A stretch of DNA of 63,796 nt, filler included, from Octopus bimaculoides (lineage: Eukaryota): assembly GCF_001194135.2 (NCBI RefSeq). It is 6 parts of 4 records of this genome, joined end to end, with 100 filler letters (N's around TTAATTAATTAA, not from the genome) between each part and the next. Parts side by side here need not be neighbours in the genome. Positions count along the whole stretch, not along the records: positions 16,862 to 39,593 come from NC_068985.1; positions 39,694 to 45,074 come from NC_069005.1; positions 45,175 to 55,375 come from NC_068987.1; 3 more parts are not named here. The stretch is one strand, 5' to 3'. Under the pieces are notes generated by a model. That model was not told where the DNA came from, ran no database searches, and saw only the letters and a list, made by a program, of their open reading frames with translations. The position numbers and the translations under genes were made by a program. Of this stretch, positions 35,521 to 48,854 are shown piece after piece; the first letter of the stretch is position 1; each line of letters begins with the position of its first letter.

Positions 35521-36092
35521 AATTTAAATGTTTACTAACCCGTTAGCTGTGATAAAGAAGTGCATAAGAGGGTAAATACATTCCTTCTATACTATCGATA
35601 TGCGGAAAAAATATGTAAATTATCTATCCACTACAGAGTTAGCTTATTTGCCTACTGCTATATATATAGTAGCTGCCTATCCTTTCGATTGAGAAAATCT
35701 TTTCTGAAAAACCGTCCATCTTGAGGTTACCACACCTACACCTCTTTTTCCTGCACATCGATATTATGAAATGAATGTTAACATTCTTATATGGTTCTTT
35801 ATCACAGAAAATGGATTTGTAATATATATATGTGTGTGTGTGTGTATATATACATATATATATATATATATAATATGGGGGTTTAATTCACAGGTGATCT
35901 AAACGACTAAGCACGATAGGTAAGTGCTGTAACAGATTACTAGGGCTCTAAGGTTATAACCGAGACGGTAGTTATAGGGCCATTGTAGGTTTTCGATATA
36001 GCGGATATATAATTGTTAAAGAAGACAACAAACGTTAAGGCAGGGCAAACATCTCAAGTCATATACATTATTATTATTGGAAAGAATTCAAA

Positions 36093-36148
36093 GTCTTACA
36101 GCTGTTTCTGGGATATCCCAGAGTATGGGATATTACGTCATCGGAGAC
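36093..36148 (-). ncRNA. hammerhead motif, CCGAUGA core variant
   Basis: GUCU-CCGAUGA-CGUAAUAUCCC-AUACUCU-GGGAUAUCCCA-GAAAC-AGCU-GUA-AGAC; 4-bp stem I GUCU/AGAC. Confidence 0.7.
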
Positions 36149-36389
36149 AAATAAGGAAATTGAGAAGGGTATAGATTAATGAAATGACGACATAGAGGAC
36201 AGGAGAGAAGGAATAAGGAGATGGAGAAAGAGAAGAAAAAAGAAGCACAAACGTTCGCAGTTCAACTTTCCGATCGTGTAGAAGTAATATTTATGCCTCT
36301 TTTTTCTTCACTTTCCTCGCCTTATTCCTTCTCTTCTGACCTCTATGTCGTCATTTCCTTAATCTATACCCTTCTCATTTTCCCTATTT

Positions 36390-36445
36390 GGCTTCGATGA
36401 CGGAATATCCCATACTCTTGGATATCACAGAAACAGCTGTAAGAC
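36390..36445 (+). ncRNA. degenerate hammerhead motif (UCGAUGA core)
   Basis: GGCU-UCGAUGA-CGGAAUAUCC..GGAUAUCACA-GAAAC-AGCU-GUA-AGAC; inverted partner of 36093-36148. Confidence 0.55.
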
Positions 36446-37121
36446 TTTGAATTTTTTCCAGTAATAATAATGTATATAACTTGAGATGTTTGTCTTGCCT
36501 TGACGTTTGTTGTCCTCTTTAACAAATATGTGTGTGTGTGTCTGTGTGTCCGTGTGTGTGTGTCAGTGTGNNNNNNNNNNNNNNNNNNNNNNNNNNNNNN
36601 NNNNNNNNNNNNNNNNNNNNNNNNNNNNNNNNNNNNNNNNNNNNNNNNNNNNNNNNNNNNNNNNNNNNNNNNNNNNNNNNNNNNNNNNNNNNNNNNNNNN
36701 NNNNNNNNNNNNNNNNNNNNNNNNNNNNNNNNNNNNNNNNNNNNNNNNNNNNNNNNNNNNNNNNNNNNNNNNNNNNNNNNNNNNNNNNNNNNNNNNNNNN
36801 NNNNNNNNNNNNNNNNNNNNNNNNNNNNNNNNNNNNNNNNNNNNNNNNNNNNNNNNNNNNNNNNNNNNNNNNNNNNNNNNNNNNNNNNNNNNNNNNNNNN
36901 NNNNNNNNNNNNNNNNNNNNNNNNNNNNNNNNNNNNNNNNNNNNNNNNNNNNNNNNNNNNNNNNNNNNNNNNNNNNNNNNNNNNNNNNNNNNNNNNNNNN
37001 NNNNNNNNNNNNNNNNNNNNNNNNNNNNNNNNNNNNNNNNNNNNNNNNNNNNNNNNNNNTATATATATGTATATATATATGTGTATATATATATGTATAT
37101 ATATATGTGTATATATATATG

Positions 37122-37160
<39 letters not shown>

Positions 37161-37167
37161 ATATAAA

Positions 37168-37500
37168 GCATGGCTGTATCATTAAGAAGCTCGCTTTGCA
37201 ATCACGTGGTTTCATGTTTAGTTCCACTGTGCTGCATCTTAGGCAAGTGTCTTCTACTATCGCTCTGGACCGACCAATGCCTTGTAAGTGAAATTGGTTG
37301 ACGGAAACTGTGTAGAAGCTCATCCTCTCTGTGTGTATGTGTATGTGTGTTGTGTGTATGTGCGTATGTCTTTGTATTTACATTTGTGTCTGTGTTTGTC
37401 CCACCACCACCGCTTCACAACCAGATTTGGTTTACGTCCTTGTAGTACAGCGGTTCGGCAACAGAGACAAACACTATTAAATAAGTAACTGACTTTAATG
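37168..37500 (+). mobile_element. SINE family B
   Basis: TGGCTGTATCATTAAGAAGC head, CTTAGGCAAGTGTCTTCTACTAT, GACGGAAACTGTGTAGAAGC. Confidence 0.8.
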
Positions 37501-37811
37501 AGTAATTAATTTCAACTAGAATAATTAGCAATAGATTTTAATTAACAGCGGCTTACACAGTGAATTGTAAGATAACTAATGGTGAATATCACGAGATAAC
37601 TAATGGTGAATATTCTATATTTTCTTTTATATGGTATTTAAGGTCGACGGAAACTGTGTGGAGGTTGTCTTAGCGTTTGTTCAATTCTCATAGACGTAAA
37701 TTCACAACTCCAACTACTTGTTAAGTCGTTGCCTAGATTCATGTGCGTCTGTGTAATCTGTAACCTATTTATCTAGATCACTCTCTTTCTCTTTCTCTTT
37801 CTCCTCCTCTC

Positions 37812-37918
<107 letters not shown>

Positions 37919-37942
37919 GTATATATGTATGTATATATGTAT

Positions 37943-37988
<46 letters not shown>

Positions 37989-38022
37989 GATCAAAATAAG
38001 CAACAGTATATCAAGTAGTGAT

Positions 38023-38106
38023 GCAGTACGACCGTTTCAAGCGGCTCCATTTAATTGAACAATGCAATCATTACATCAATTTAAATGCGGTGCCATCTTC
38101 AGCTGC
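38023..38106 (-). ncRNA. type I hammerhead motif, distinct family
   Basis: GCAG-CUGAAGA-UGGC..long AU hairpin..GCUU-GAAAC-GGUC-GUA-CUGC: intact core, 4-bp GC-rich stem I, imperfect stem II base; lies ~40 bp from (TA)n. Confidence 0.7.
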
Positions 38107-39496
38107 GCAAATAAATAAATAGAATTTTAACCAGTCGGACACATTAATATAATTTTACTCAAATATTTTAACAGAGCATGAAGATGGAAGAAATTCATGT
38201 TGTCGCTATTGTAGCTAAGAATAGACTACACTTCCAGGAATTGTAATTCATTTCTAATTCATTTATCCCTTTATCAACTACTAAATCTAAAACTAGAAGA
38301 CTATGTCTATTTTGAATAAAGGACAGGTGTGAGTTGACAGCTCATGGCTAAGTATGGTGATAAATATTGTCATATGTATCCCTTTCCCTCGGGGAGGAAA
38401 GAAGACATTAGGAGTAGTCAATTGGATATAAAGTAACTGTCTATAAAAAGAGGCTGGGTAGGAGAAGACTTTAAATCATGATGTTAATTACCAGTTAATG
38501 GGGCAAGACGCTAATAAAACCTTGGATGTTAATACAGAGGAAATTTTATTTTGGGGCACTATGAATAATTGTTTATAAACAATATTATGTTGTATAAAAA
38601 AAAAAATTTAAGATTTTCAAAAATGATATAACCAAAATAGGTAAAATGTGTGTATATATCAATTATAAACATTAAAGAGAAAGATTACTTAGAATCAATT
38701 TAATATTCATTCATGTACTTAATTAATTACTTATTAGTTGGTTTATATAAAGACTGCTCAGGGCATTTACTTATAGAATAACTAGAAAGATAAACATGCT
38801 ATCTATATATTAATTTTAAGCCATGAATCAGAAAAAAATAATAAAGAGATGTTCAGATACACACACATTTATATATGTGCATACATGCACACATACGCAT
38901 ACATAAATATTTATACGTTTATATGGATATAGTATAACCGTCTCGCATAGGCTTAAGTAACTGAAAAATATTTATTTAAGAGCAAGAAAAGTAACAATTT
39001 ATAAGGGATAAGAGGTTAATAGGTAAGGATATCAAAATCAGAAGACAAAATTAGATGGAACAAGAACAACTGAAGAAGGGAAATATTCTTTATGTTGCAT
39101 GTCTCGTTTCTCCGTTTGTTTGGGGGGTTTTTTTTTCGTTGTTCGAAAAAAGTTCGTTTTCTGTCTTCGTCTTTATGTTTTCGTTTCTCATTGTGTTTAA
39201 CGTTTTTTGTGATATATATATATGCATGTACCCATATATGCATGTATGTATACATATAGATGTAGGTATGCACATATATGTATGGATATATTCATATATT
39301 TATATATTATTTATGTTATTATATGATCGAACGCCACGCATCTGTTTTCGAGTAAGTTTTATCTTAATAATTACTACTGCGCACTCTACTGCTATTACTA
39401 TCACTTCCCTGTCTATCTCTCTCCCTCTCTTGTTCTTATCCTTTTTGTTTTTCTCTCCCAACCCTTCCCTATCCTTCTCTTCCTTTCCCCGTTCCC

Positions 39497-39593
39497 TCTC
39501 TCTCACTCCTCCTCCTTGACCCCCTCTCTCACTCCTCCTCCCTGACCCCCTCTCTCACTCCTCCTCCTTGACCCCCTCTCTCACTCCTCCTCC
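39497..39593. repeat. 26-bp pyrimidine-rich minisatellite running into a gap
   Basis: TGAC anchors at 39517, 39543 and 39569. Confidence 0.9.
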
Positions 39594-39854
39594 NNNNNNN
39601 NNNNNNNNNNNNNNNNNNNNNNNNNNNNNNNNNNNNNTTAATTAATTAANNNNNNNNNNNNNNNNNNNNNNNNNNNNNNNNNNNNNNNNNNNNATATATA
39701 TATGCTTTTATCGTATGCACATAGAAACAAAATTATATGTGGGGACGTGATACATTTTATATAGGGTTAGATGGCTATATTATATGTACACTGGAAACTG
39801 AGATAATAGATTATAACCAATAATAAACGTTAGTTTCTATACAATGTCTATTAA

Positions 39855-40474
39855 TATACTGGTTTCAAATGTTGTGGGGTAAGGTGAGAAGGTTTGGGGG
39901 ATGGGCAAAATCGATTGAATCGACCTAGGTGTTCAACTGATTATTTTAGTGACCCCGAAAGGATAAAAGGCAAAGTCGACCTCGGAGAAATTTGAACTCA
40001 GAACGTCAAGACAGACAGAATATTGCTAATCATTTTCTCCGGCGTTCTAACGATACTGTCAACTCGCCGCCCTAAAATGTATCAATATATTGCTTTTTGA
40101 TTTTGGTAAATAGCCACCAATTTCGGAGGAGAAGGATAAGACGATTATATCGGCCGCAGTGCTTAAATGGTACGGAATTTATGGTCCCGATTTGAATAAA
40201 AGTCAACGTCGACCTCGGCGTAATTTGAACTCAGAATGGTAAGAAAGAAAAAGAGTAAAGCATTTCGAAATTTAGTACAATGCCAGCAATTTCGACGAGG
40301 GGCTAAGTCGATCACATCCTCCCCCAGAGTTCTGCTGGTATCTATTTTATCGACGCTGGGAGGATGAAAGGCAAAGTCGACTTCATCGGAATTTGAACTC
40401 AAAACGCGAAGACGGACGAAATGCCGAAAAGCTTTTCGCCTGACTTGCTAACGATTCTGCCATCTCGCCACCTT
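39855..40474 (-). mobile_element. three consecutive SINE family A copies in the same orientation
   Basis: Three AAAGTC(G/A)ACxTCGGxGxAATTTGAACTCA blocks at ~39972, ~40200 and ~40373. Confidence 0.85.
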
Positions 40475-41757
40475 TAATAATAATTGTCTATTAATATAGA
40501 AAAATATTTGAAGCAATAAATCTTTTTGTCTGTCTGCTAAAATTCTCCTCTGTTCATACTCNNNNNNNNNNNNNNNNNNNNNNNNNNNNNNNNNNNNNNN
40601 NNNNNNNNNNNNNNNNNNNNNNNNNNNNNNNNNNNNNNNNNNNNNNNNNNNNNNNNNNNNNNNNNNNNNNNNNNNNNNNNNNNNNNNNNNNNNNNNNNNN
40701 NNNNNNNNNNNNNNNNNNNNNNNNNNNNNNNNNNNNNNNNNNNNNNNNNNNNNNNNNNNNNNNNNNNNNNNNNNNNNNNNNNNNNNNNNNNNNNNNNNNN
40801 NNNNNNNNNNNNNNNNNNNNNNNNNNNNNNNNNNNNNNNNNNNNNNNNNNNNNNNNNNNNNNNNNNNNNNNNNNNNNNNNNNNNNNNNNNNNNNNNNNAT
40901 ATATATATATATATATACATATCTGTGTGCGTGTGTGTTTATGTACACAGGTGTATGTGTGTGTAGCCGCCGCGTACAATAGAGCCAACACGTCTGCAAA
41001 CATGGAAATAAACGAAGAATATTACTCATCGTTGCTGATTTACAAATGTTGTTAATTCGATTTCTATTTACTCTGTTGAGTAAACATCATTAGAGAATTG
41101 ATTTAAATTACTGTCAATTAAGACAGCCGTGCTATTAATGTATTATTATATACAAAATATACACACTTTTTAATTGTTTATTAGCCATGTGTATGTATGT
41201 GAATAAGCATGTATGTACGTCTGTATGTAGATCTGTTTGTGTATATTTCTAATGAGATGATTTCACACATAATGAGTACACCAATAAACTTTTAGTAATA
41301 ATTAATTCACAAAACTATAATTGTTCAATATTTGACTAGACATCCTGACGGAGAGACGCACATCCAAAGATAGTCAATCGTGAAGCAAAGAGCGCCAGAC
41401 GTGAGTTCAATGTACTCTCACAAATATTTATGCCTGATTATAGAAGTGAATGTGATGCTGTGTACCAAATTAAAAACGAACGCAAAGCCGTTAACATTGG
41501 ATACAGTAATACATGGAATGAGATAGCATCGGGGGGCACACAGGGATAAAGTAAAATTGAATTTAATAATTATGTTCTCAGACTAATTCATATTTCAACA
41601 AAATGACATCTAAAGTTATTACCCCTGTTTGTCGTTTATTCATACGTAAACAAAGAAAAAAAAACATTTTCATTCACCCGTTCGCCAGACTTGAAGATAA
41701 TCAAACCAAAATGATGAGTTCGAGCCACGCACCCAATGAGCATTTCTGCCAAATTTG

Positions 41758-41960
41758 GTATGGGTTTCAAGTTTTTGGCACAATGCCAGCAATTTGGAGG
41801 AGGTGATAATTCGATTACATTGGTAGTTTATTTGATCGACATGAAAATGGTGAAAGGCATAGTCGAACTAGACGTATTTGAACTCAGAGCATACAGACAG
41901 ACGAATTTCCGCTAAACATTTTGTCCGGCGTGCTAAAGATTCTGCCAGCTTGCCGGCTTA
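41758..41960 (-). mobile_element. SINE family A, degenerate, next to a long (TAA)n tract
   Basis: TTTGAACTCAGAGC..TCTGCCAGCTTGCCGGCTT is the reverse complement of the family A head. Confidence 0.75.
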
Positions 41961-41962
41961 GC

Positions 41963-42067
<105 letters not shown>

Positions 42068-42274
42068 NNNNNNNNNNNNNNNNNNNNNNNNNNNNNNNNN
42101 NNNNNNNNNNNNNNNNNNNNNNNNNNNNNNNNNNNNNNNNNNNNNNNNNNNNNNNNNNNNNNNNNNNNNNNNNNNNNNNNNNNNNNNNNNNNNNNNNNNN
42201 NNNNNNNNNNNNNNNNNNNNNNNNNNNNNNNNNNNNNNNNNNNNNNNNNNNNNNNNNNNNNNNNNNNNNNNNNN

Positions 42275-42398
<124 letters not shown>

Positions 42399-43361
42399 TG
42401 ATGAATAGATATATTCCTTCTATAGACAATGCTAGTGATTGTCTTGAGATATGATATCAATAATATGACGCCAAGTTAACAGGGTTGGCAAAATCGGAAG
42501 AGCATTTTTATATTTACTTACGTCTGACCCCTTCGACACCCCTCAATGGATGTTGCCTTTCGTTCATTCGCGTTCGATAAAGTAAATAACAGCCACGTAT
42601 TGAGATCGATATAGTCCTTGTAAAGCCGTTCCCTTATATAGAAAAATAAAAATCTTGGCGTTGTTCGTACAGTTAGCATCGATAATCCGCCGCCAATTAT
42701 AAGACGCATGTAAGAATCATCGGCAGATAACTGGACAAAAGGTCATGCATTTTGTACCGAGTTCAGATTTGTCCGGGGTCAATTTCTTTTCTTTCTCATA
42801 AACGGTGGATCGATAAACTAACACAAACGCAGGAACTGAAGCAAGTTTCTCGACTGCATCCTACCTGAAAACTTATGGTATCATTCAAAATTTTAATATC
42901 CAATGGGCAGCAACCAGAATCATGCGGTACATGACAGATATGATGTTGTTAAAACAGCTGATGATTGTATAAAGCGGTGAAGCGCTAGGACTAGATACAT
43001 GTAATGCACGTACACGAATCAATACTAAGAAAAATGGTATAGAATGTATGAAATTTAAAGTGATGTTGCACTTCGGAAAATATGGATTGTGGCCTTTCGA
43101 TTTATTACATATGTTTGTTTCAATCGTAGGTTTTCAGGTATTATGGCTATGGATTTCTCTTGTAATTTCTTTCATTTTTGCGCCGAGTGGTCCTGAGATA
43201 AAAGGCAAACCATTGATCTTCATTTTTCATATTATGCCAGTATCCTTACCTAAGATTTTGTACGTCCGTCTCTCTCTCATTTCCTTGTCTGCGACGTTGT
43301 TACCCGTGGGAGACAGCCATATCAATTAGATGACAAGTTTTTATCGATATTATTTTTACTG

Positions 43362-43402
<41 letters not shown>

Positions 43403-44171
43403 NNNNNNNNNNGAATAGAGGGACGCGACCGTTCCCAAAAGAAATGAATTAATATCGTTCTTTTCCTGTGTTGTTTTGAAGAGAGATGCAGAACGTTAGT
43501 AATTCTATACAATTTCAATTTAGATGATTATATTTACAGAAAACATTGTTTGCTCAGTGATTCCTAGAAACTTCATTCTTCTATTATTTATTGAAATAAA
43601 AAGATGCGTTCTTAATGACGCAACCAGGTCTTATAAAGATAAAGAGATTGGAAGTGAACGTATTTATTTGAAATTCTTCAGTAAAACAACAAGCAAACTT
43701 AGGAGATACTTCTACACGATTTTCAGAGAGAACGGAACAATGAAGATAAGAAAAGAAAATCCCGAAGTCTCTTGCTGAGAATTGCAAGTAATTCGTTAGA
43801 GATTTTGGAAAACGCCTAGATTTAGACGAAAGCTTTTGTAGAATATTTCAACTGTGCCATTCCATATATGTAATTACTAGTTGAATATATTTAAAGAATT
43901 CCATGAATCAATATGAATGATGTACGCTCTGGTCCTGAATAGCATGCCAATGATTTTGATAATGCTATGTACCTGAAGTCACCGTCAGCAGGGATCATGA
44001 AAAATTTAAGAAATCTAAACTATGGAAGGTATATTGTGAATAGAAATCGCTTATGGGTGCTAAGGAATAATATTTAGGAAGCGCTATAAAATAAAAGACG
44101 GAAAGAAGGGAAAACGGAAAAAGAAGAAAATTACACATATTCACACACATACACACACACGCACACACAGT

Positions 44172-44265
<94 letters not shown>

Positions 44266-44472
44266 AATAGATAGTGCATGAAGGAGTTTGTGTGTGTGTG
44301 TGTGTGTCGCTGTACGTTCACATTTTACCATGAAATGGAATCCAGGCTCAATCCAAAATTGTTCCCTTCAAGAAATAGAGAACGTAACTCAATACCACGG
44401 CAGCGCTGGGGTTTAGATAGCTAGAAAGATAGATAGATAGAAAGATAGATAGATAGAACGATAGATAGAGAT

Positions 44473-44506
<34 letters not shown>

Positions 44507-45174
44507 GCAGAGAGAAAGAAGGAAAAAGGAGAGAGAGAGAGAGAGAGAGCAGGAGCGTGGGGGACAGAGACTTAGTATTAATAATATTTGTTTGATAAAT
44601 GTAATAGACTCGTGGCATTTGCCCTTTTTCCTAAATGGATATTTAGGGAAAGGAAAGAATACACGGACTTCGCTACCTTTGGCAAAAACAAATGAGTTAA
44701 TAAGATTGCGTCTAGCAATAATAATAAAAGAATCATTCTTTAATTCTGGTTGTTGTTGTTGTTGCTGTTCTTGTTGTTGTACTGACTGACGACGGACGCG
44801 AATTCGTGTATCGTATTGATTTTATACAGTATGTAGATAATCAATACACACACGCACACGCACCCACAAACAAATACACAGGCTTTCTCTCTCTCACACA
44901 CATACTTACATGTATTGAGATTGATATGTAGATGGATATTCATAGACATATATATTCATACACACACATATATATATGTATATAAACTCAAAACCATACA
45001 TATATTCATAAATTGATATATCATATGTATACTCACATACACACACACATACACGTATATATATATATATATATNNNNNNNNNNNNNNNNNNNNNNNNNN
45101 NNNNNNNNNNNNNNNNNNTTAATTAATTAANNNNNNNNNNNNNNNNNNNNNNNNNNNNNNNNNNNNNNNNNNNN

Positions 45175-45360
45175 ATATAACAAAAGACTGTTACTCTGAG
45201 TTTCATGTTCCCGTTCATCCCGATGAACGGGAACGTGAAACTCAGAGTAACAGTCTTTTGTTATATTTCTGCTGCTTTTAAATAAAGCATATTACTCTAC
45301 CTCTGGTATTTGAGTACTCTTTTTTTCCACCTTGTTGCACATTTCATGTGCTTACTCCAG
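45175..45360. mobile_element. fold-back Penelope-like remnant: 45-bp near-perfect hairpin plus unique tail ending at (TA)n
   Basis: Arms 45175-45219 and 45222-45266, 2-nt loop, one mismatch. The left end abuts an artificial gap. Confidence 0.75.
45220..45253 (+). ncRNA. minimal hammerhead motif, CCGAUGA core variant
   Basis: CCGAUGA-ACG-GGAA-CGU-GAAAC-UCAGA-GUA-ACAG; stems II and III can form; the 5' strand of stem I is replaced by the inverted arm. Confidence 0.65.
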
Positions 45361-45392
<32 letters not shown>

Positions 45393-46275
45393 CATCTGAA
45401 AACTCTGAAGTATTCATCTGTGATGAGGCTGACTGCACTCAGCAGGCTGGAAATTCTGGCTAAAAGATTTATACTTGGAAGTTGAATCTTCAGTTAACAG
45501 TGAATGATAGTCCCACTTATCCAAAATAACCAGCAAATATGTTAGCATGTGGAGAGTAAAAGTTCCAAGGTAATGGTTGTTGTTGACCATTAAGACTTCT
45601 AGTAAGGTTAAGTTTGCCTTTCTCTTCCTGGGTTGCTCAAACAAGATCCCATTGAATTGATAAAATAGGGAAGTATGAGACTAAGATGGAAAAATGAGAG
45701 AACTATCTTTTAGAAACGCTGTTGAAGTATTTGTGTGTTTAAGTGTCTATACTTTGTACAACCTTTAAACTATGGATGACAATGAAGACATAATCAAAAA
45801 TTTATAATGTAATGAAATATATTGCAGTGTTACTCTTTTAAACAAACCTTAATTATGGAACAGTACAGAATGGAAACACATTTAACATATTGATAGAGTG
45901 TAATAAGAAATAAGAAAATTTATGAAATTTAGAAATCCCATAGATGCACTTGTTATAATTTGTGTTTATGCTACACACATTAGTTTGTAAGGCAATAGAG
46001 TACCATGCACAATGGTTTGCCCTTCTTTCTGAGGTTAATAAACAACTTTTCTTCAACAGTAGATTCAAACTACAATTGAAATGATACAGAAGTGGGATGG
46101 TAGAATTAGCAGAGTGGCAACAGACGAAATTTAACACTGCTGTATTTAATTCTACTCCTATATGTTATGGGTTCANNNNNNNNNNNNNNNNNNNNNNNNN
46201 NNNNNNNNNNNNNNNNNNNNNNNNNNNNNNNNNNNNNNNNNNNNNNNNNNNNNNNNNNNNNNNNNNNNNNNNNNN

Positions 46276-46677
46276 CATCATCATCATCGTTTAACGTCCG
46301 CTTTCCATGCTAGCATGGGTTGTGTGTGTGTATTTTGTACGAAACGTACGTACTGCTATAACCTATTGAATTTTCGTGCGGGTGGCACGTAAAAACACCC
46401 ACTACACTCTCAGAGTGCCTGGCGCGTGTAAAGACATTCGAGTGAGATCGTTGCCAGTGCCGCTGGACTGGCTTCTGTGCAGGTGACACGTAAAATACAC
46501 CATTTTGAGCATGGCCGTTGCTTATTCTAGCAGCTACACTTTCAGCACAACCTCCCCCACTACTAACTTGGTCACCCAGATAGCGGAAGCTATCAACTAA
46601 GTCTAGTTTTTCTCCCTGGAATGTGGCCAGAGTTGTTTTCTGCACATTTTCAGTGTTTATTGCTCCTGAACATCTGC
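46276..46677 (-). mobile_element. rearranged RTE fragment, related to the 49692-53091 element
   Basis: Minus-strand RT piece RCSGAINTEN..GEKLDLVDSFRYLGDQV and minus-strand (GAT)n tail; the 3'-UTR pieces between them are in plus orientation. Confidence 0.75.
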
Positions 46678-48854
46678 TCCCTAACTTGCCAATGATCAGA
46701 TGCTGGGACATCATGTGGTCTCCACTTCCTCATTAAAACACCATCATGAAGATAAAACCATATTGGCAACTTCTCTGCTTCTTTCTCTGAGAAAGCTCTC
46801 GCATAAAGCTTGCTTAAACTGCAATCCTCTTTCTGCTTAAGGATTAAAGTTTTCTTGTCTGCTTTGAATTCAGCTTCACTAGGATACGTAGGCTCCTCAC
46901 TTCCAGAATTCAGATCCACAAGGAAAGTATTAGACAAATCTATGTTATCATCATTAACTGAACTAATATTAGATTTCCCTTTACTGGGATTAACACTAGC
47001 CTCACCATAGCCTTGGTCTGGGACCTAGTCACTGCATATTCAGGAAATATTCCTGGATACAATATGTCTAACTTTTCTGTCTCTTGATCAGTCTCAGGTT
47101 TTGACTGCACAATAGGAACTGCATAAACTTTATTTCCTGCAATATCATTGCCTAACAAAAGAGCCACACCATCAATAGGTAAAGTAGTAACTAATCCAAC
47201 TGTAACTAGACCTACTACATATTTACAATCTAAGTGAACTTGATACAAAGGAATTGAATCATATCCTGCAGTAACACCTTTAATTAATACTTCCTTTCCT
47301 AAAGATGTCAGCATCATGCTTCAAGAGAGTTTGTTCTGCACCAGTATCTCTAAAAAGTGTAACAGACTTAGGGGTAGACGAACTGTCAGAAGTAGCATCA
47401 ACACTAGAACTATCCACAACTGAAGTCATAACTAAATCTGTATCAGCAGCATCAGAAACACCCACATCTGGATCCAACTTAATCTTAGACAAAACCCCTG
47501 TGTCCGAAAAACACTTAAAACCTTATGGCACAGCTACCTCTACAGAACCTATCACATTTGACAAATCACATCAATTAAAAGCTGCTTCAGGAACAGCTCA
47601 ATCCCTGGACAAATCTGCTTGAGCTGCCTCCTTAGCCTTTAACTTTCTACAATCAGGAGTCTTACAGTAATGGCAGGATTTAGAAGAAGCACTATACTGA
47701 GCCTTCAGCTACTTCTGTTTTCTGAGTAACACCATCTGACTTGATAAACTGTTTTTTATTTTCATTCTTTGGTTGACACTTGCCGTGAATCAATGCATAC
47801 TCGTCGGCAAGTTTTGCTGCTTCAGCTACAGTATTAACCTGCCTTTCAGCTACAAAAACTCTAATGTCATAGGGAGACTTATTCATGAACTCTTCTATCA
47901 ACAACAACTCTTCCAACGGACTGAGAGTATCAACTTTTTTAGACCTAAGCCACTTACCCTACATGACTTTTTTTTTCTAGTGAATTTTATGTAAGTGTCA
48001 GAGGAATTTTTCCAAGCTTGCCTAAACTTCTGCCAGTACACTTCAGCTACTTTTTCATGACAATCTAATATCTTCTGTTTCACAAAGTCATAATCTTTGC
48101 AATCAGCTACACTCATAGCAGAATAGATCTCTAAACTTTTCCCAGTAAGTTGAGTTTGGAGCAGTATTGACCATTTATTTTTAGGCCATTTCAATAACTC
48201 AGCTGTTTTATCAAAAGCTCAGAAATAATTATCCAAATCACTATCCTGGAATCTAGGAACAAATTTACTAGCACTAGCAATGTTAAAGCATTTAGATGAA
48301 GTAGCAACATCAGCCTCCTCAGACTCGGAATCAATTTGATTCACTTTCAATTATAGCTCTCTGTACCGGCAGCACGTTTTCCTGTTTTATCTAATTTGCA
48401 GTCTTAACTTTTCAAGTTCATAAGCCATCATTCTTTCACTAGATGATAATTGAGAGGCAGCTGAGTCAGAGTTTGTCTCATTCCCATTGGCAGACATTTT
48501 ACTCTCAACAATTAGGGTCTCTTTGACATGCGAAAAAATTACACATTTAAGATTACTTGCAGATACCTCTAAACCAAATTTAGCACTCACCTCTACAAAT
48601 CTTTGTTTAACTGCTGCAGCTCCCTCAAAGTGATGGTATCATTCTGCAGTAAGGCTGCTGCCATGGTGCACTCCATGATTACCATAGTTTACAATATGGT
48701 AAGACACCCATTAAAACAGGTTTACAGATAATATCACAATGGTAATATTTGACAAAAGGCTCTTTAACAATTTACAGAAAAATTTTCCTTTTTTTTTAAA
48801 GAAAAAATTGATTGGTGCATACAATTGTTTAAACTCCTGGACAAGCCCCCAATT
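46678..48854 (-). mobile_element. Ty3/Gypsy LTR retrotransposon internal region (SCAN-type gag, protease), 3'-truncated and degraded
   Basis: FVPRFQDSDLDNYF; KWPKNKWSILLQTQLTGK; EELLLIEEF..AAKLADEY (SCAN-like); remnant CHYC knuckle; LFRDTGAEQTLL (aspartic protease DTG); LLLGNDIAG; GVLMRKWRP. Confidence 0.88.
48836..48851 (-). promoter_or_regulatory. primer binding site (tRNA-Pro type)
   Basis: Minus strand TGGGGGCTTGTCCAGG, 3 nt after the LTR end ..CGTAACA; close to the canonical TGGGGGCTCGTCCGGG. Confidence 0.8.

Larger units (their letters stand above)
36061..36478. mobile_element. ~420-bp fold-back element with a degenerate hammerhead in each arm
   Basis: Inverted arms ~36061-36245 and ~36295-36478; shares CAGAAACAGCTGTAAGACT with the 6292-6508 element. 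Confidence 0.82.
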
